From: an uncultured Candidatus Saccharibacteria bacterium
GTDB lineage: Bacteria; Patescibacteriota; Dojkabacteria; SC72
Assembly: GCA_964405015.1 (NCBI GenBank)
Contig: CAYOME010000003.1
Span: 11,359-75,358, forward strand
Reading direction: 5' to 3'
DNA: 64,000 nucleotides
The notes beneath the pieces are model-generated. The model did not search any database and was not told the origin of the DNA. It saw nothing but the letters and a program-made list of their open reading frames with translations. The translations under genes were made by a program, and so were the position numbers. Below are positions 1-10,102 of this stretch, piece after piece (position 1 is the stretch's first letter; every line of letters starts with the position of its first letter).

Positions 1-23
1 TTTTCTTCTTTATTTAGTGACAT
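1..23 (-). CDS. rpsO: 5' fragment of a gene running off the window, probably 30S ribosomal protein S15
   Basis: ATG at 23 reads MSLNKEE(K), an S15-like N-terminus. It lies downstream of infB, the usual rpsO neighbourhood. Only about 7 codons are visible. Confidence 0.5.
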
Positions 24-86
24 ATATTCTAGATTAACACTATATATTTATTTTTACAATACTCTCCAAAGGAGAACGCGAGACCT

Positions 87-115
87 ATTTTATATGCTTA
101 TAGGGTAATTGTCAA
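87..115 (-). promoter_or_regulatory. sigma70-type promoter for the putative rpsO
   Basis: Minus strand TTGACA (115-110), 17-bp spacer, TAAAAT (92-87). Confidence 0.75.
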
Positions 116-123
116 ACTTTTCC

Positions 124-1680
124 CTATCTAGCCACCTTATAGCAGTAAAGCTCATCGCCTTCTTGTACCTCAACGTTGGTATTAAGAATTGCTCCACACT
201 CTTCACCCTGCTTTACCTCGGATACCACATCTTTGTTTTTTCTCAAAGACTTTATCTTTGATTCACCAACTATTTCATCATTTCTTACAACATAGCACTT
301 ACAATCTCTCTTAAGAATTCCCTCCTTAACTCTTGAACCTAGTACTTTCGATCCATCTGTAAGAGTGATAATCATTTTGACTACAGCATTACCAATTTCT
401 TCTTCAGTTTGATCTGGTGCAGCTATCATATCCAATGCTCCCTCTACCTCTTCTATGAGTTTGTAGATAATGGAATATGTTCTTACTAATACACCACTTT
501 TTCTAGCAATCTCTTCTACACCTTTTTCAAAGTTTACTTCAAAACCAAGTAAGATTGCTTTAGAAAGCTTTGCCATCTCAACATCTTTCAAAGAAATATC
601 TCCAGCTCCAGAGAGTATTACCTTGACAGAATATTCTTCATTTTTTAATTTACTCAAAGATTTCTCAATAGCTTCTAAAGATCCTTCAGAGGAACTCTTA
701 AGGATTACATTTAGATATTTCTCACCTTCCTCTTTCTCTTCGGTAAATATATCTCCAAAGAAATCGTCCTCAGCAAGACTTTTTTCTTCTTCTACTACCT
801 CTTTTTTGTAAAGAGATGATATTAAAGATTCATCATTTCTTTCTAAGATATATACTTGTGAACCTACAGGTATTAATTCAGAAAGGCCTAATACTCTACC
901 ACCATATCCACAGTACAAATCACAAACGTTCTCTCCCTCTTCAGAGATAATTCCCTTTACTTTCTCTATCTTTACCTTCCCATCGTCCATATATCCTAAC
1001 CATGAACCTTTACATAGGTCTCCAGAGGTAAGTACTAGGGTAGAAATATTACCCTTGGAATGATCTTTTACTGATTCTAAAACAAAAGCCTTTGCAACTA
1101 CACCATCAAGTAATTCTCCCCTATCTTGTAATCCTTCAACATCAGCAACAAGAGATATTAAATCCAACAGTTCAGGAATACCTTTACCTGTTTTACCAGA
1201 AACCTCAATAACTGGGACATTTCCACCCATACCTTCGATTAGTAGACCATTGTTTACAAGATCTCTCTTTATCTTTGCTAAATCTACATCAGGTAAATCA
1301 CACTTGTTAATAGCTACAATTGGCTTAGCAGTAGAATTTTTAATAATTTCGATAGATTCAATAGTTTGAGGCTTAACACCATCATTTCCAGCAACTACTA
1401 ATATTACAATATCTGCAATAGAACCACCTCTTAGTCTCATTAGGTCAAAAGCCTCATGGCCAGGAGTATCTATAAAGGTAATCTTTTTACTAATATCACT
1501 GTTAGGAGATATAGTAAAAACAGAAATCTTCTGAGTAATACCACCAGCTTCACAACTTTGGACATTACTCTTTCTAATGTAGTCTAAGATTGTAGTTTTT
1601 CCATGATCAACATGACCCAAGATTGTTACAATTGGAACTCTCTCCAAACCTGTTTTTTTTACATTACCTTTCTGAGCCAT
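124..1680 (-). CDS. infB: translation initiation factor IF-2, short form lacking the N-terminal domain
   Basis: GHVDHGKTT, EAGGITQ, DTPGHEAF and NKCD G-domain motifs start at residue ~14; IF2 C-terminal domains follow. Confidence 0.97.
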   Translation of the reverse strand: MAQKGNVKKTGLERVPIVTILGHVDHGKTTILDYIRKSNVQSCEAGGITQKISVFTISPNSDISKKITFIDTPGHEAFDLMRLRGGSIADIVILVVAGNDGVKPQTIESIEIIKNSTAKPIVAINKCDLPDVDLAKIKRDLVNNGLLIEGMGGNVPVIEVSGKTGKGIPELLDLISLVADVEGLQDRGELLDGVVAKAFVLESVKDHSKGNISTLVLTSGDLCKGSWLGYMDDGKVKIEKVKGIISEEGENVCDLYCGYGGRVLGLSELIPVGSQVYILERNDESLISSLYKKEVVEEEKSLAEDDFFGDIFTEEKEEGEKYLNVILKSSSEGSLEAIEKSLSKLKNEEYSVKVILSGAGDISLKDVEMAKLSKAILLGFEVNFEKGVEEIARKSGVLVRTYSIIYKLIEEVEGALDMIAAPDQTEEEIGNAVVKMIITLTDGSKVLGSRVKEGILKRDCKCYVVRNDEIVGESKIKSLRKNKDVVSEVKQGEECGAILNTNVEVQEGDELYCYKVAR

Positions 1681-1706
1681 GTATAGTTTTACCTTTTAAG
1701 TATAAA

Positions 1707-2930
1707 TTACTCTTTTACTGAATCTTCAACTACCTCTTCTACCTTTTCCTCAACTGCTGTATCTTCAACTACTTCCTCAATCTTTTCTTCTACTACAGCA
1801 TCCTCTACGACTTCTTCTGCAGTTTGTTCTGCATACTCTTCAACAACATCTTTGCTCTCTTCTGCTTCTGCTTCTTCTCCACCTACTCCAACAATATCAA
1901 TCTTAGTTTCTGTTAACTTCCATGCTAATCTAACATTTTGACCATCCCTACCAATTGCCAAAGACAATTGATCAGAAGGACATTCAACAGTTGCAGTATT
2001 ACCAGAAATTTTTACAGAATCCACCTTCGCTGGACTCAATGCATTTGCTACAAATTTCTCTAACTCCTCATCCCATTCTATTATATCAATCTTCTCTTCT
2101 CCTAATTCATTCATTACGTTAGCAATACGAATACCTCTTTGTCCAACACATGAACCAATAGGGTCGATACCTTCCTGATGAGATACTACAGCAATCTTAC
2201 TTCTAGATCCAGCCTCACGAGCAACAGCTTTAATTTCAACAACACCAGATTCAATCTCAGGTACTTCTAATTTGAACAGTTCAATTAAGAACTTAGGATC
2301 AGATCTTGATACAACAATCTGAGAATCATCAATACTTTTCAACAAAACTTTGTATCTTTCTCCAACTCTGTAGAATTCATTTGAAATCTGTTCCTCTTGT
2401 GGCATTAAAGCAGTAGCTTTACCAATTTCCATTACAGCCGCACCTTTTTGCATTCTCTGCATCAAAGCAGTATATACCTCTCCAACCTTATCACTAAATT
2501 CACTAATAACTGCATCCTTTTCTGATTCTCTAATCTTTTGCAAAAGTACTTGCTTTGCAGTCTGTGTAGCAATCCTACCAAGGTCATCATATGGCATCTC
2601 TATCTGTACAGAGTCACCAATTTCAACACTTGGAGAAATTAATTCAGCTTCACTTAATGCAATCTCCCTGTCATTGTCTTTTACTTTCTTTACAACAATC
2701 TTTGAGGCAAAGAGCTTAAACTCACCTGTCTCTCTGTCTACTTCTGAGAAAAGATTGTCACCTAACTTCTCATCGATGATTTCATCATCTCTGTCAGATC
2801 TACCAAATCTCTCTTTTTTTACTGCACTTAATATTGCAGACTCTAATGCTTTAAATACCTCTTCCTTGTCTATACCTCTTTCAGCTGCAATTTGATTAAT
2901 AGCTGCAACTAATTCTGATGTCATTGCCAT
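1707..2930 (-). CDS. nusA: transcription termination/antitermination factor NusA
   Basis: GRIATQTAKQV, LEVPEI, AREAGSRSKIAV and SLAIGRDGQNVRLA motifs. Start reassigned to ATG 2930 (MAMTSEL) because the longer ORF runs through the leader hairpin and promoter. Confidence 0.96.
   Translation of the reverse strand: MAMTSELVAAINQIAAERGIDKEEVFKALESAILSAVKKERFGRSDRDDEIIDEKLGDNLFSEVDRETGEFKLFASKIVVKKVKDNDREIALSEAELISPSVEIGDSVQIEMPYDDLGRIATQTAKQVLLQKIRESEKDAVISEFSDKVGEVYTALMQRMQKGAAVMEIGKATALMPQEEQISNEFYRVGERYKVLLKSIDDSQIVVSRSDPKFLIELFKLEVPEIESGVVEIKAVAREAGSRSKIAVVSHQEGIDPIGSCVGQRGIRIANVMNELGEEKIDIIEWDEELEKFVANALSPAKVDSVKISGNTATVECPSDQLSLAIGRDGQNVRLAWKLTETKIDIVGVGGEEAEAEESKDVVEEYAEQTAEEVVEDAVVEEKIEEVVEDTAVEEKVEEVVEDSVKE
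1722..1817 (-). repeat. 39-bp period degenerate repeat encoding the acidic NusA tail (EEVVEDxxVEEKx, about 3 copies)
   Basis: EEVVED blocks encoded at 1722-1739, 1761-1778 and 1800-1817. Confidence 0.7.
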
Positions 2931-2964
2931 ATATGTGAATATGAAAAATAAAATAATCTTTTCT

Positions 2965-2992
2965 AAAAAAAAGGTGAGACTTTCGCCCCACC
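2965..2992 (-). terminator. intrinsic terminator/attenuator in the nusA leader (rimP-leader-like)
   Basis: Minus strand GGTGGGGC-GAAA-GTCTCACC followed by T8. Confidence 0.8.
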
Positions 2993-3016
2993 CTCTCTTT
3001 ATAACTTCTATAATTG

Positions 3017-3045
3017 ATAATACCAAATATATTTCAGTATGTAAA
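3017..3045 (-). promoter_or_regulatory. nusA-infB promoter
   Basis: TTTACA (3045-3040), 17-bp spacer, extended TGg-TATTAT (3022-3017). Confidence 0.65.
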
Positions 3046-3047
3046 CC

Positions 3048-4127
3048 TTACACCTTACCAAGTTCTTCCCAAAGTTCTCTTTCCTTCTTGTTCAAACGCT
3101 TAGGGATATCAACCTCAATACGAATATACAAATCTCCCTTCGCATTCTCTTTACCTAAGATTGGAGATCCTTCATTTTTAATTCTAAATACTGTTCCAGA
3201 TTGAGTACCACTTGGTATCTTTAACTTCACTTTTTCTTCTACAGTAGATACCTGTATATTCCCACCTAACACCGCAACATGAACAGGAATACTTTCAATT
3301 GAATAAAGATCATTACCCCTTCTTTCAAACGAAGCTGAAGGCTCTACCTCTACTTCAATATACAAATCTCCATACTCTCCTCCCAAAGAAGCATTGCCTC
3401 CCTCTCTAAATTTCAAAACCATTCCATCATATGCACCAGCAGGAATCCTTACCTTTAGGTCTTCCGTATTAGACTGAATACCGCTACCAGAACACTTACT
3501 ACATACATTCTCAGGTATACTACCCATACCTCTACATTTAGAACACTCTGCCATCACAGCAATTTGACCTAAGAAACTGTTTTGAACTCTTCTTTCTCGT
3601 CCAGAGCCATTACATACATCACAAGTTTTCCTTTTTCCAGATTCACTTCCAGAGCCATTACATTTTGAGCAAGGGATATTTCTCTTAATACCAATCTTAA
3701 ACTCACCACCCTTGATTGCCTCCTTAAAGGAGACCTTTACCCTATACCTAATATCCTCACCCATACTCCTCCTTGTCCTACTTTGCGATTCTCCGAAACC
3801 AAATCCTCCCATATCACCACCAAAGAAAGAATTGAATATATCACCCATATCAAAAGGTGCTCCACCATATGAAGAATATCCTCCATTAGATCCTGGGTTA
3901 AACCCTTGGGTACCTGCATGACCATATTGATCATATGCATTCCTTTTAGATTCATCAGAAAGTACCTCATATGCTTCTTGTACTTCTTTGAACTTCTCTT
4001 CAGAATCATCTCCTTTGTTGACATCAGGATGATATTTTTTTACCAATTTCCTGTACGCCTTCTTTATCTCTTCTTTTTTTGCATCCTTTGATATTCCAAG
4101 GACTTCATAGTAATCTCTTTTGCTCAT
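3048..4127 (-). CDS. dnaJ: chaperone DnaJ
   Basis: [10 protein letters not shown]-domain with HPD, G/F-rich region and four CxxCxGxG repeats. Start at ATG 4127. Confidence 0.97.
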   Translation of the reverse strand: MSKRDYYEVLGISKDAKKEEIKKAYRKLVKKYHPDVNKGDDSEEKFKEVQEAYEVLSDESKRNAYDQYGHAGTQGFNPGSNGGYSSYGGAPFDMGDIFNSFFGGDMGGFGFGESQSRTRRSMGEDIRYRVKVSFKEAIKGGEFKIGIKRNIPCSKCNGSGSESGKRKTCDVCNGSGRERRVQNSFLGQIAVMAECSKCRGMGSIPENVCSKCSGSGIQSNTEDLKVRIPAGAYDGMVLKFREGGNASLGGEYGDLYIEVEVEPSASFERRGNDLYSIESIPVHVAVLGGNIQVSTVEEKVKLKIPSGTQSGTVFRIKNEGSPILGKENAKGDLYIRIEVDIPKRLNKKERELWEELGKV

Positions 4128-4137
4128 GGCTACAATT

Positions 4138-4164
4138 CTAGCAAACAATTCGAAAGAGTGCCAA
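4138..4164 (-). promoter_or_regulatory. CIRCE (HrcA operator) overlapping the dnaJ -10 box
   Basis: TTGGCACTC-N9-GTTTGCTAG against consensus TTAGCACTC-N9-GAGTGCTAA; TGc-TAGAAT -10 lies 7 nt before the ATG. Confidence 0.75.
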
Positions 4165-4169
4165 GAGAA

Positions 4170-4198
4170 ATGACATACTTTTTTTTAATTGATAAGAT
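4170..4198 (+). promoter_or_regulatory. sortase promoter, leaderless-type
   Basis: ATGACA, 17-bp spacer, TGa-TAAGAT, then 7 nt to ATG 4206. Confidence 0.6.
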
Positions 4199-4205
4199 GG
4201 TGAGC

Positions 4206-5000
4206 ATGGATAACAATATGGAAATATCTGTTCAAGAAGAAGCAAAGATAAAGAAGGTAAAAAAAACCTTAGCTTGGATATTAACCTTCATAGGGATATT
4301 TGTGGTATTCACACAAGTATTTCCACTCAGTAAATCCTACCTAGAAGGAGAGTTTGAGATCCTTAAACAAAAACTAATGATGGATCCTTTTCCTGATTCA
4401 TACAAAGAATATATTCAAAATGAATTTGCATATTACGATCCTGGTAAAAGTTACTTTGCGAACCTTTCAAACTCAGCAGAGACCTTAGAATATCAAGGAG
4501 TATTTACATATGACCCTAATACAAAAACAAGTAAAGCCATCGTTGTTAATAAAGAATATTCAACAAATATGTATATTAGTATAAATAGTATTGGAATAGA
4601 GAACATACGTATAACCCCAAATGTTGATAGCTCCAAGGAAGAAATATATGACAAATTTCTTAAATATGGTCTAGCCCACTTTAGAGGAACTCCACTTCCA
4701 GGAGATGGTGGTAACTCATTCATATATGGCCACAGTGCAGTAGAGAACTTCTTTAACAAACATTCTAATCTTCCAGAAACAATATTTACGAAATTAGATG
4801 ATATAGATATAGGTGAAGAAGTGAAAATAAAAAAGGATGGAATAGAACTTAAATATATTGTAAGAAATAAAAAGATAGTATCTCCAGAAGATTTTTCCAT
4901 ACTTAAAAGCCAAGGAGACAAGGAAACAATTACCATGATGACCTGTTGGCCACTTGGTGTTGGTACAAAGAGACTCATTGTAGTAGCAGAAAGACTCTAA
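4206..5000 (+). CDS. sortase with N-terminal membrane anchor
   Basis: HFRGTPLPGDGGNSFIYGHS (His) and TMMTCWP...KRLIVVA (Cys, Arg) catalytic triad. Start chosen from the promoter position. Confidence 0.92.
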   Translation: MDNNMEISVQEEAKIKKVKKTLAWILTFIGIFVVFTQVFPLSKSYLEGEFEILKQKLMMDPFPDSYKEYIQNEFAYYDPGKSYFANLSNSAETLEYQGVFTYDPNTKTSKAIVVNKEYSTNMYISINSIGIENIRITPNVDSSKEEIYDKFLKYGLAHFRGTPLPGDGGNSFIYGHSAVENFFNKHSNLPETIFTKLDDIDIGEEVKIKKDGIELKYIVRNKKIVSPEDFSILKSQGDKETITMMTCWPLGVGTKRLIVVAERL

Positions 5001-5019
5001 TTTTTGTACAATGAAATAC

Positions 5020-6360
5020 ATGAAAAACGATCAGAAAAAGTTAGTAATAATTCTTACAGGAGTTGTTGTTGTATTAATAATCTTAATAATCATTGCTGCT
5101 ATTGTTCTTTCCAATAAATCAAAGGATAAAGGTGACGGAAATGAAGAAGTTCCTACATCTGTAGAGTTAATATATTGGGGGCTTTGGGAACCAGAAGATG
5201 TCATACAACCAATAATCGATGAATACGAGGATGAGAATCCTGGCGTAAAAATCTTGTATTCTCAACAGGCTTTCAAAAACTACGAAAGCAGAGCATATAC
5301 AAGACTTCAACAATCAACTAGTTCTGTAGAACCAGCTCCAGATATTTTAAGGATAAATAATACATGGGTACCAAAATTTCAGAAATTTTTAAGCCCTGTT
5401 CCAAACGATATATTCACAGTCTCTGATTACGAAGAACAGTTCTACCCTACCGCTGTAGATGACTTTACTGGATCAGATGGGAATCTGTATGCAATACCAT
5501 GGGAAATTGATGGACTCTTGCTCATCTACAACAAGCAATTACTCTCTCAAGAAGGATATCAAGAACCTCCTGCAGATTGGGATTCCTTAATGGAAGCTGC
5601 TACCAAACTTACAAAAAAGGATGGTAGTGGAAAGATTACTCAGTCAGGGTTAGCAATAGGTACTTCAAGAAATATTACTCATTCTGCGGATATTCTCAGC
5701 TTCATGATGCTTCAAAACAATGCAACCATAATGAATAGTAGTAGAAATCAAGCAAACATTACTTCAGAAAGAGCGGTATCAGCATTAACAACATATACTA
5801 GCTTTGCAACTGGTGAAAACCCATCATGGGCACCATATTTAGCAAACGACCTTTCAATGTTCTTTCAGGGTAAACTAGCAATAATGTTTGCACCTAGCTG
5901 GAGAGCCTTTGATATAATTGAGGCTGCTCCTCAAATTGAATTTGGATTAGCTCCACTACCTCAGTTACCAAACAATGATCCTGTTTACTACTCAATGTAC
6001 TGGGGAGATACTGTTAGTAAAACAAGCCAAAATAGTAAAGAAGCTTGGAAGTTTGTAAATTACTTAAGTCAACCAGAACAACAGAAAAAACTTTTCGCTA
6101 ACTCATCAAAGATAAGGGCATTTGGAGAACCATACTCAAGAGTTAGCATGAATTCTGAACTCCTTGCGAACCCATATACAAAAGCAATGGGAGTAATGGC
6201 TCCAAATATGAAAGCATGGCAAATGGGAGATCAAGGCTTTGTAGAAGAATTACTTAGAGATTCAATAACCCAAGTAATTGAAAATGACAAAGATCCAAAG
6301 AGTGTATTAACCAGTATAGAAAAGGAGATTAATGATCAACTTGCAGTTACTAATAAATAA
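5020..6360 (+). CDS. extracellular solute-binding protein (family 1, sugar-binding-like), TM-anchored
   Basis: N-terminal hydrophobic helix without lipobox Cys; YAIPW...LIYNKQLL, PPADWD, FFQGKLAIM and EAWKFVNYL motifs. Start at the second Met, 7 nt after TACAAT. Confidence 0.88.
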   Translation: MKNDQKKLVIILTGVVVVLIILIIIAAIVLSNKSKDKGDGNEEVPTSVELIYWGLWEPEDVIQPIIDEYEDENPGVKILYSQQAFKNYESRAYTRLQQSTSSVEPAPDILRINNTWVPKFQKFLSPVPNDIFTVSDYEEQFYPTAVDDFTGSDGNLYAIPWEIDGLLLIYNKQLLSQEGYQEPPADWDSLMEAATKLTKKDGSGKITQSGLAIGTSRNITHSADILSFMMLQNNATIMNSSRNQANITSERAVSALTTYTSFATGENPSWAPYLANDLSMFFQGKLAIMFAPSWRAFDIIEAAPQIEFGLAPLPQLPNNDPVYYSMYWGDTVSKTSQNSKEAWKFVNYLSQPEQQKKLFANSSKIRAFGEPYSRVSMNSELLANPYTKAMGVMAPNMKAWQMGDQGFVEELLRDSITQVIENDKDPKSVLTSIEKEINDQLAVTNK

Positions 6361-6377
6361 CCATTAATATATATCTA

Positions 6378-8306
6378 ATGATTCGAAATACTGCCCCAAG
6401 GAAAAGTAAAAAAAGGAAGAGTTTGTTTCTTACATTCCTCCTTCTTCTCTCTTTACCAATATTTGTATATGGTCTTTTACAAGACAATAATTTTGATATT
6501 AGAAATCAAGCGTTTGATGATGTGGAAGTAAGTGAAGACTACCCTTGTGTAATTTCTTTCCCAAGTGTTAACCCATACTCTTTAGAAGTAAACAACTCAT
6601 TCAGAGTTCAGGTAGATGCACTTTCTACAACACTGGGTATACAAGGTCTCTCCATTAAAGATGACAAAGGGAATGATATCTTCGTAAAAACATATACAGA
6701 CAATTTACCAAAGAAAATATCTGAGTCTTTCATATTTACACCAACAATAGCTAAATCATATGATTTTAATGGCTTAATGCTTGATGTAAACAAGAAGAGT
6801 TACCAATGCGTTATAAGTAGTACATATGATGTAGGAGGAGTAAGAGCAGTATCTAACAACTCAAAACCATTTTTTACTAGTTCACCAAAGAATTCAAAAC
6901 CATCACAAAGTATAAAAACGGGAGAGCTGTATGAATATACAATGGTAGCAGAAGATATAGATAAAGATACAATAAACTACTCATATTCCTTTACCTCTAA
7001 TGCAGATTGGCTGAGAGCAACAATTGTTGATGATGGAGGTAATGGTAAATTAACAATAAAGTTTACAGGCTCAACAACAAAAGCAGCTAGCTACTTAGCA
7101 AATGTATTCATACATGATGGATATAGTAAACATCTAGCATCTCAATCATGGGTCATTAGTGTAAGTCCAAAAGAAAATGACATACCACAAGTAAAGTTTG
7201 TGTCTCCTGTAGAACCAGTAAATATTACTACAGAGGATACTCTTGAATTAATATGGGATGCTCAAGATAATAACCACATTGTAAAGTATGAGCTATACCT
7301 TTCATCCAATCCTACGAATGAAGAAAGTTGGATTACTGTAAACAAAGAAATACCCTACAATCAAACCTCATATGTCTTAGATACAACACAATACAAAGAT
7401 GGTACATACAAAGCTGTAATTAGGGCATTAGATAATCAAAAACCAGCAGCGATAGGTATGGATGTATCTGAAGAGATAATAATTGCTAAGGGACAACAAG
7501 AAGGTAAACTCCCTGACGATCAAGTATTAATTGATCAACCCCAGGTTATAAACATCTCTCCAACAAGCTCCGATGAGATTAAAAACAAAAGACCCACTAT
7601 CAAAGCAACTTTACTCTCTTCTAAGGACCATCAAGTAATTCAAGAAAGTATCATCGTAAAGTTAGACAACAAAGATATTACAGACCAAATTAAGATTAAT
7701 AAAATATCTGAGACAGAATATACAGTAATATACATACCACAAGAAGATCTTTCCGGTGGATTACACAAAGTAGATATTACATTCAAAGATACAAGTGAAA
7801 AAGAAATAAACAAGAATTGGACATTTAATATCACAGGTGATGACAAAGATAGCGACACTTTCAATATCTTTGGATACAGCATTAGTAAAAGAATTGCATT
7901 AATAATTGCGGGAGGAATAGCATTAGTTGTATTAGCAATATTTACACCAATGATAATATTTGCCGTATGGAAAGATGATAGCGAAAAGAAAGAAGATAGG
8001 AATCCAACCCTTCCACCAACAATACCTACTAATCAACCTGAGATGATTACAAACGAGGTATACACTCAAGCAACACCAGTAGAGAAACTAACTAATGATA
8101 ACGAAATTCAAAAGGAGCAAGAACCAATATCACAAATCCAAGAAATACCCCAACCAGAAGTTCAGCAGATACCCCCTGCTCAAGATCAACAAATATACAC
8201 GACAGTACCAGAACCAGAAGCAGACCTTTCTAACCTTTTAGAGCAGATTAATAATACTACAGATACTGAGAATAAGGATTCAAATCCTCCAGAGCCAATA
8301 TTGTAA
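6378..8306 (+). CDS. multi-Ig-like-domain surface protein with N- and C-terminal TM helices and a Pro/Gln/Glu-rich tail
   Basis: Cadherin/He_PIG-like segment NSKPFFTSSP...YEYTMVAEDIDKDTINY...WL; further beta-sandwich segments (YKDGTYKAVIRALD; LSGGLHKVDITFKD); TM near residues 505-530. Confidence 0.65.
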   Translation: MIRNTAPRKSKKRKSLFLTFLLLLSLPIFVYGLLQDNNFDIRNQAFDDVEVSEDYPCVISFPSVNPYSLEVNNSFRVQVDALSTTLGIQGLSIKDDKGNDIFVKTYTDNLPKKISESFIFTPTIAKSYDFNGLMLDVNKKSYQCVISSTYDVGGVRAVSNNSKPFFTSSPKNSKPSQSIKTGELYEYTMVAEDIDKDTINYSYSFTSNADWLRATIVDDGGNGKLTIKFTGSTTKAASYLANVFIHDGYSKHLASQSWVISVSPKENDIPQVKFVSPVEPVNITTEDTLELIWDAQDNNHIVKYELYLSSNPTNEESWITVNKEIPYNQTSYVLDTTQYKDGTYKAVIRALDNQKPAAIGMDVSEEIIIAKGQQEGKLPDDQVLIDQPQVINISPTSSDEIKNKRPTIKATLLSSKDHQVIQESIIVKLDNKDITDQIKINKISETEYTVIYIPQEDLSGGLHKVDITFKDTSEKEINKNWTFNITGDDKDSDTFNIFGYSISKRIALIIAGGIALVVLAIFTPMIIFAVWKDDSEKKEDRNPTLPPTIPTNQPEMITNEVYTQATPVEKLTNDNEIQKEQEPISQIQEIPQPEVQQIPPAQDQQIYTTVPEPEADLSNLLEQINNTTDTENKDSNPPEPIL

Positions 8307-8335
8307 ATATCTTACTCGAATACTAAGGCTCCTTT

Positions 8336-8344
8336 TGATATAAT
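8336..8344 (+). promoter_or_regulatory. extended -10 promoter of the alaS operon, leaderless-type
   Basis: TGaTATAAT, then 7 nt to ATG 8352. Confidence 0.7.
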
Positions 8345-8351
8345 CATCGGT

Positions 8352-10100
8352 ATGAAAAACCTTTCTTACAAAGAAATAAGAGATAGATATATAGCCTTTT
8401 TTGTTTCAAAAGGACATAAAGAAATACCAGGATCCACTCTTGTACCAGAAGATGACCCTTCTGTACTCTTTGTTAATGCAGGTATGTTTCCACTCGTACC
8501 TTTTCTTAAAGGCGAGAAACATCCTGAAGGAAATAGACTTACAAATTCTCAAAGATGTATTAGAACTGGTGATATAGATGAGGTAGGTGATCCATATCAC
8601 TGTACTGCATTCGAAATGCTTGGTAATTGGTCATTAAATGACTACTTCAAGAAAGAAGCCATAGAAATGACCATAGAATTCTTTACTAAAGAATTAGGTA
8701 TAGATATAGAGAGAATATATGGAACTGTTTTTAAAGGGGAAGGAAATATCCCAATTGATACAACATCAATAGATGTCTGGAAAGGAATTTTTGCTAAATA
8801 CAATATAGATGCAAAAGTTGGAGTAAATGAAAGAATAAGGCCATTAGGAAGAGAAGATAACTGGTGGGGACTAGCTTCTGGAGGACCATGTGGACCCGAT
8901 AGTGAAATATTTTACAAAACAGACAATGGTGAACTAGTAGAAATTGGTAATAACGTATTCATGGAATATCTTTTAGAAAATAACGAATACAAACCATTAG
9001 GAAGGCATAACGTAGATTTTGGAGGAGGACTAGATAGATTAACAGCAATATCTCAGAATGTAGATTCAATATTTGAAACAGATATTCTTAAACCAATATT
9101 TGAATATGTTAAATCAATTTCTAAAGTAGAAGATCTTAAATCTCAAAGAATAATTACTGATCATATAAAAGCATCCACATGGATAATAATGGATGGTATA
9201 AAACCTTCTAATACACAACAAGGATATATATTAAGAAGACTAATTCGAAGATCCGTAAGACATGGAAGGAAATTAGGTATAGAGAATAACTTTACAAAAG
9301 AAGTTGCAAATATTGCGATTGATCAATTCATGACCATATGGCCCAAATTAAAGGAAAAGAGAGACGAAATACTTTCAACCATATCTGAAGAAGAAATAAA
9401 GTTTAACAGAACTTTAGAAAATGGACTCAAAGAATTAGAAAAAACATTACAGAAAGAAGGTAATATTAATGGATCGAAAGCATTTCAATTGTACGAATCA
9501 TATGGATTACCAATAGAAGTAATAGAAGAAATACTCTCCGAGAAAGGTACTAATATTCTTCATAGAGAAGACTTTGTAAATGCACAGAAACAACATCAAG
9601 AGAAATCACGAACTGCATCTGCAGGAATGTTTAAAGGCGGTTTAGCAGATACATCAGAAACTACTACTAAATATCATACAACTACACACCTACTTTTGGC
9701 TGCACTTCGAAAAGTCCTAGGTGATCATGTATATCAAAAAGGAAGTAATATTACTTCTGAGAGATTAAGGCTTGATTTCCCTAATCAAGAGAAATTAACA
9801 GACCAACAAGTACAAGAAGTTGAAAATATTGTTAACAAAGCAATACAAGATGAATTAGAGGTCTCCTTTAAAGAATATTCCAAAGAGAAAGCTCTTGAAT
9901 TAGTACCATTTGCTGCTTTTGAAGAAAAATATGGAGATACGGTTAAAATATATACAGTTGGAGATATTAACAACCCCTACTCCAAAGAAATATGTAATGG
10001 ACCACATGTGGCAAATACTAAAGAATTAGGTACATTCAAAATTGTAAAACAAGAGAATGTAGGCTCTGGTATTAAAAGAATCAAAGGAATATTAATATAA
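8352..10100 (+). CDS. alaS: alanine--tRNA ligase, short form without C-Ala domain
   Basis: LFVNAGM, FEMLGNWS, GPCGPDSEIFY and GYILRRLIRR motifs; editing motifs HTTTH and ICNGPH. Confidence 0.97.
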   Translation: MKNLSYKEIRDRYIAFFVSKGHKEIPGSTLVPEDDPSVLFVNAGMFPLVPFLKGEKHPEGNRLTNSQRCIRTGDIDEVGDPYHCTAFEMLGNWSLNDYFKKEAIEMTIEFFTKELGIDIERIYGTVFKGEGNIPIDTTSIDVWKGIFAKYNIDAKVGVNERIRPLGREDNWWGLASGGPCGPDSEIFYKTDNGELVEIGNNVFMEYLLENNEYKPLGRHNVDFGGGLDRLTAISQNVDSIFETDILKPIFEYVKSISKVEDLKSQRIITDHIKASTWIIMDGIKPSNTQQGYILRRLIRRSVRHGRKLGIENNFTKEVANIAIDQFMTIWPKLKEKRDEILSTISEEEIKFNRTLENGLKELEKTLQKEGNINGSKAFQLYESYGLPIEVIEEILSEKGTNILHREDFVNAQKQHQEKSRTASAGMFKGGLADTSETTTKYHTTTHLLLAALRKVLGDHVYQKGSNITSERLRLDFPNQEKLTDQQVQEVENIVNKAIQDELEVSFKEYSKEKALELVPFAAFEEKYGDTVKIYTVGDINNPYSKEICNGPHVANTKELGTFKIVKQENVGSGIKRIKGILI

Positions 10101-10102
10101 CA

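Noticed and set aside
8010-8024. LPPTI in the large Ig protein as a sortase motif
   Set aside because: It lies after the C-terminal TM in a Pro-rich tail and lacks the Gly.
124-10100. Short IF2 and AlaRS as pseudogenes
   Set aside because: Uninterrupted ORFs with all catalytic motifs; they lack only accessory domains, as is common in reduced genomes.
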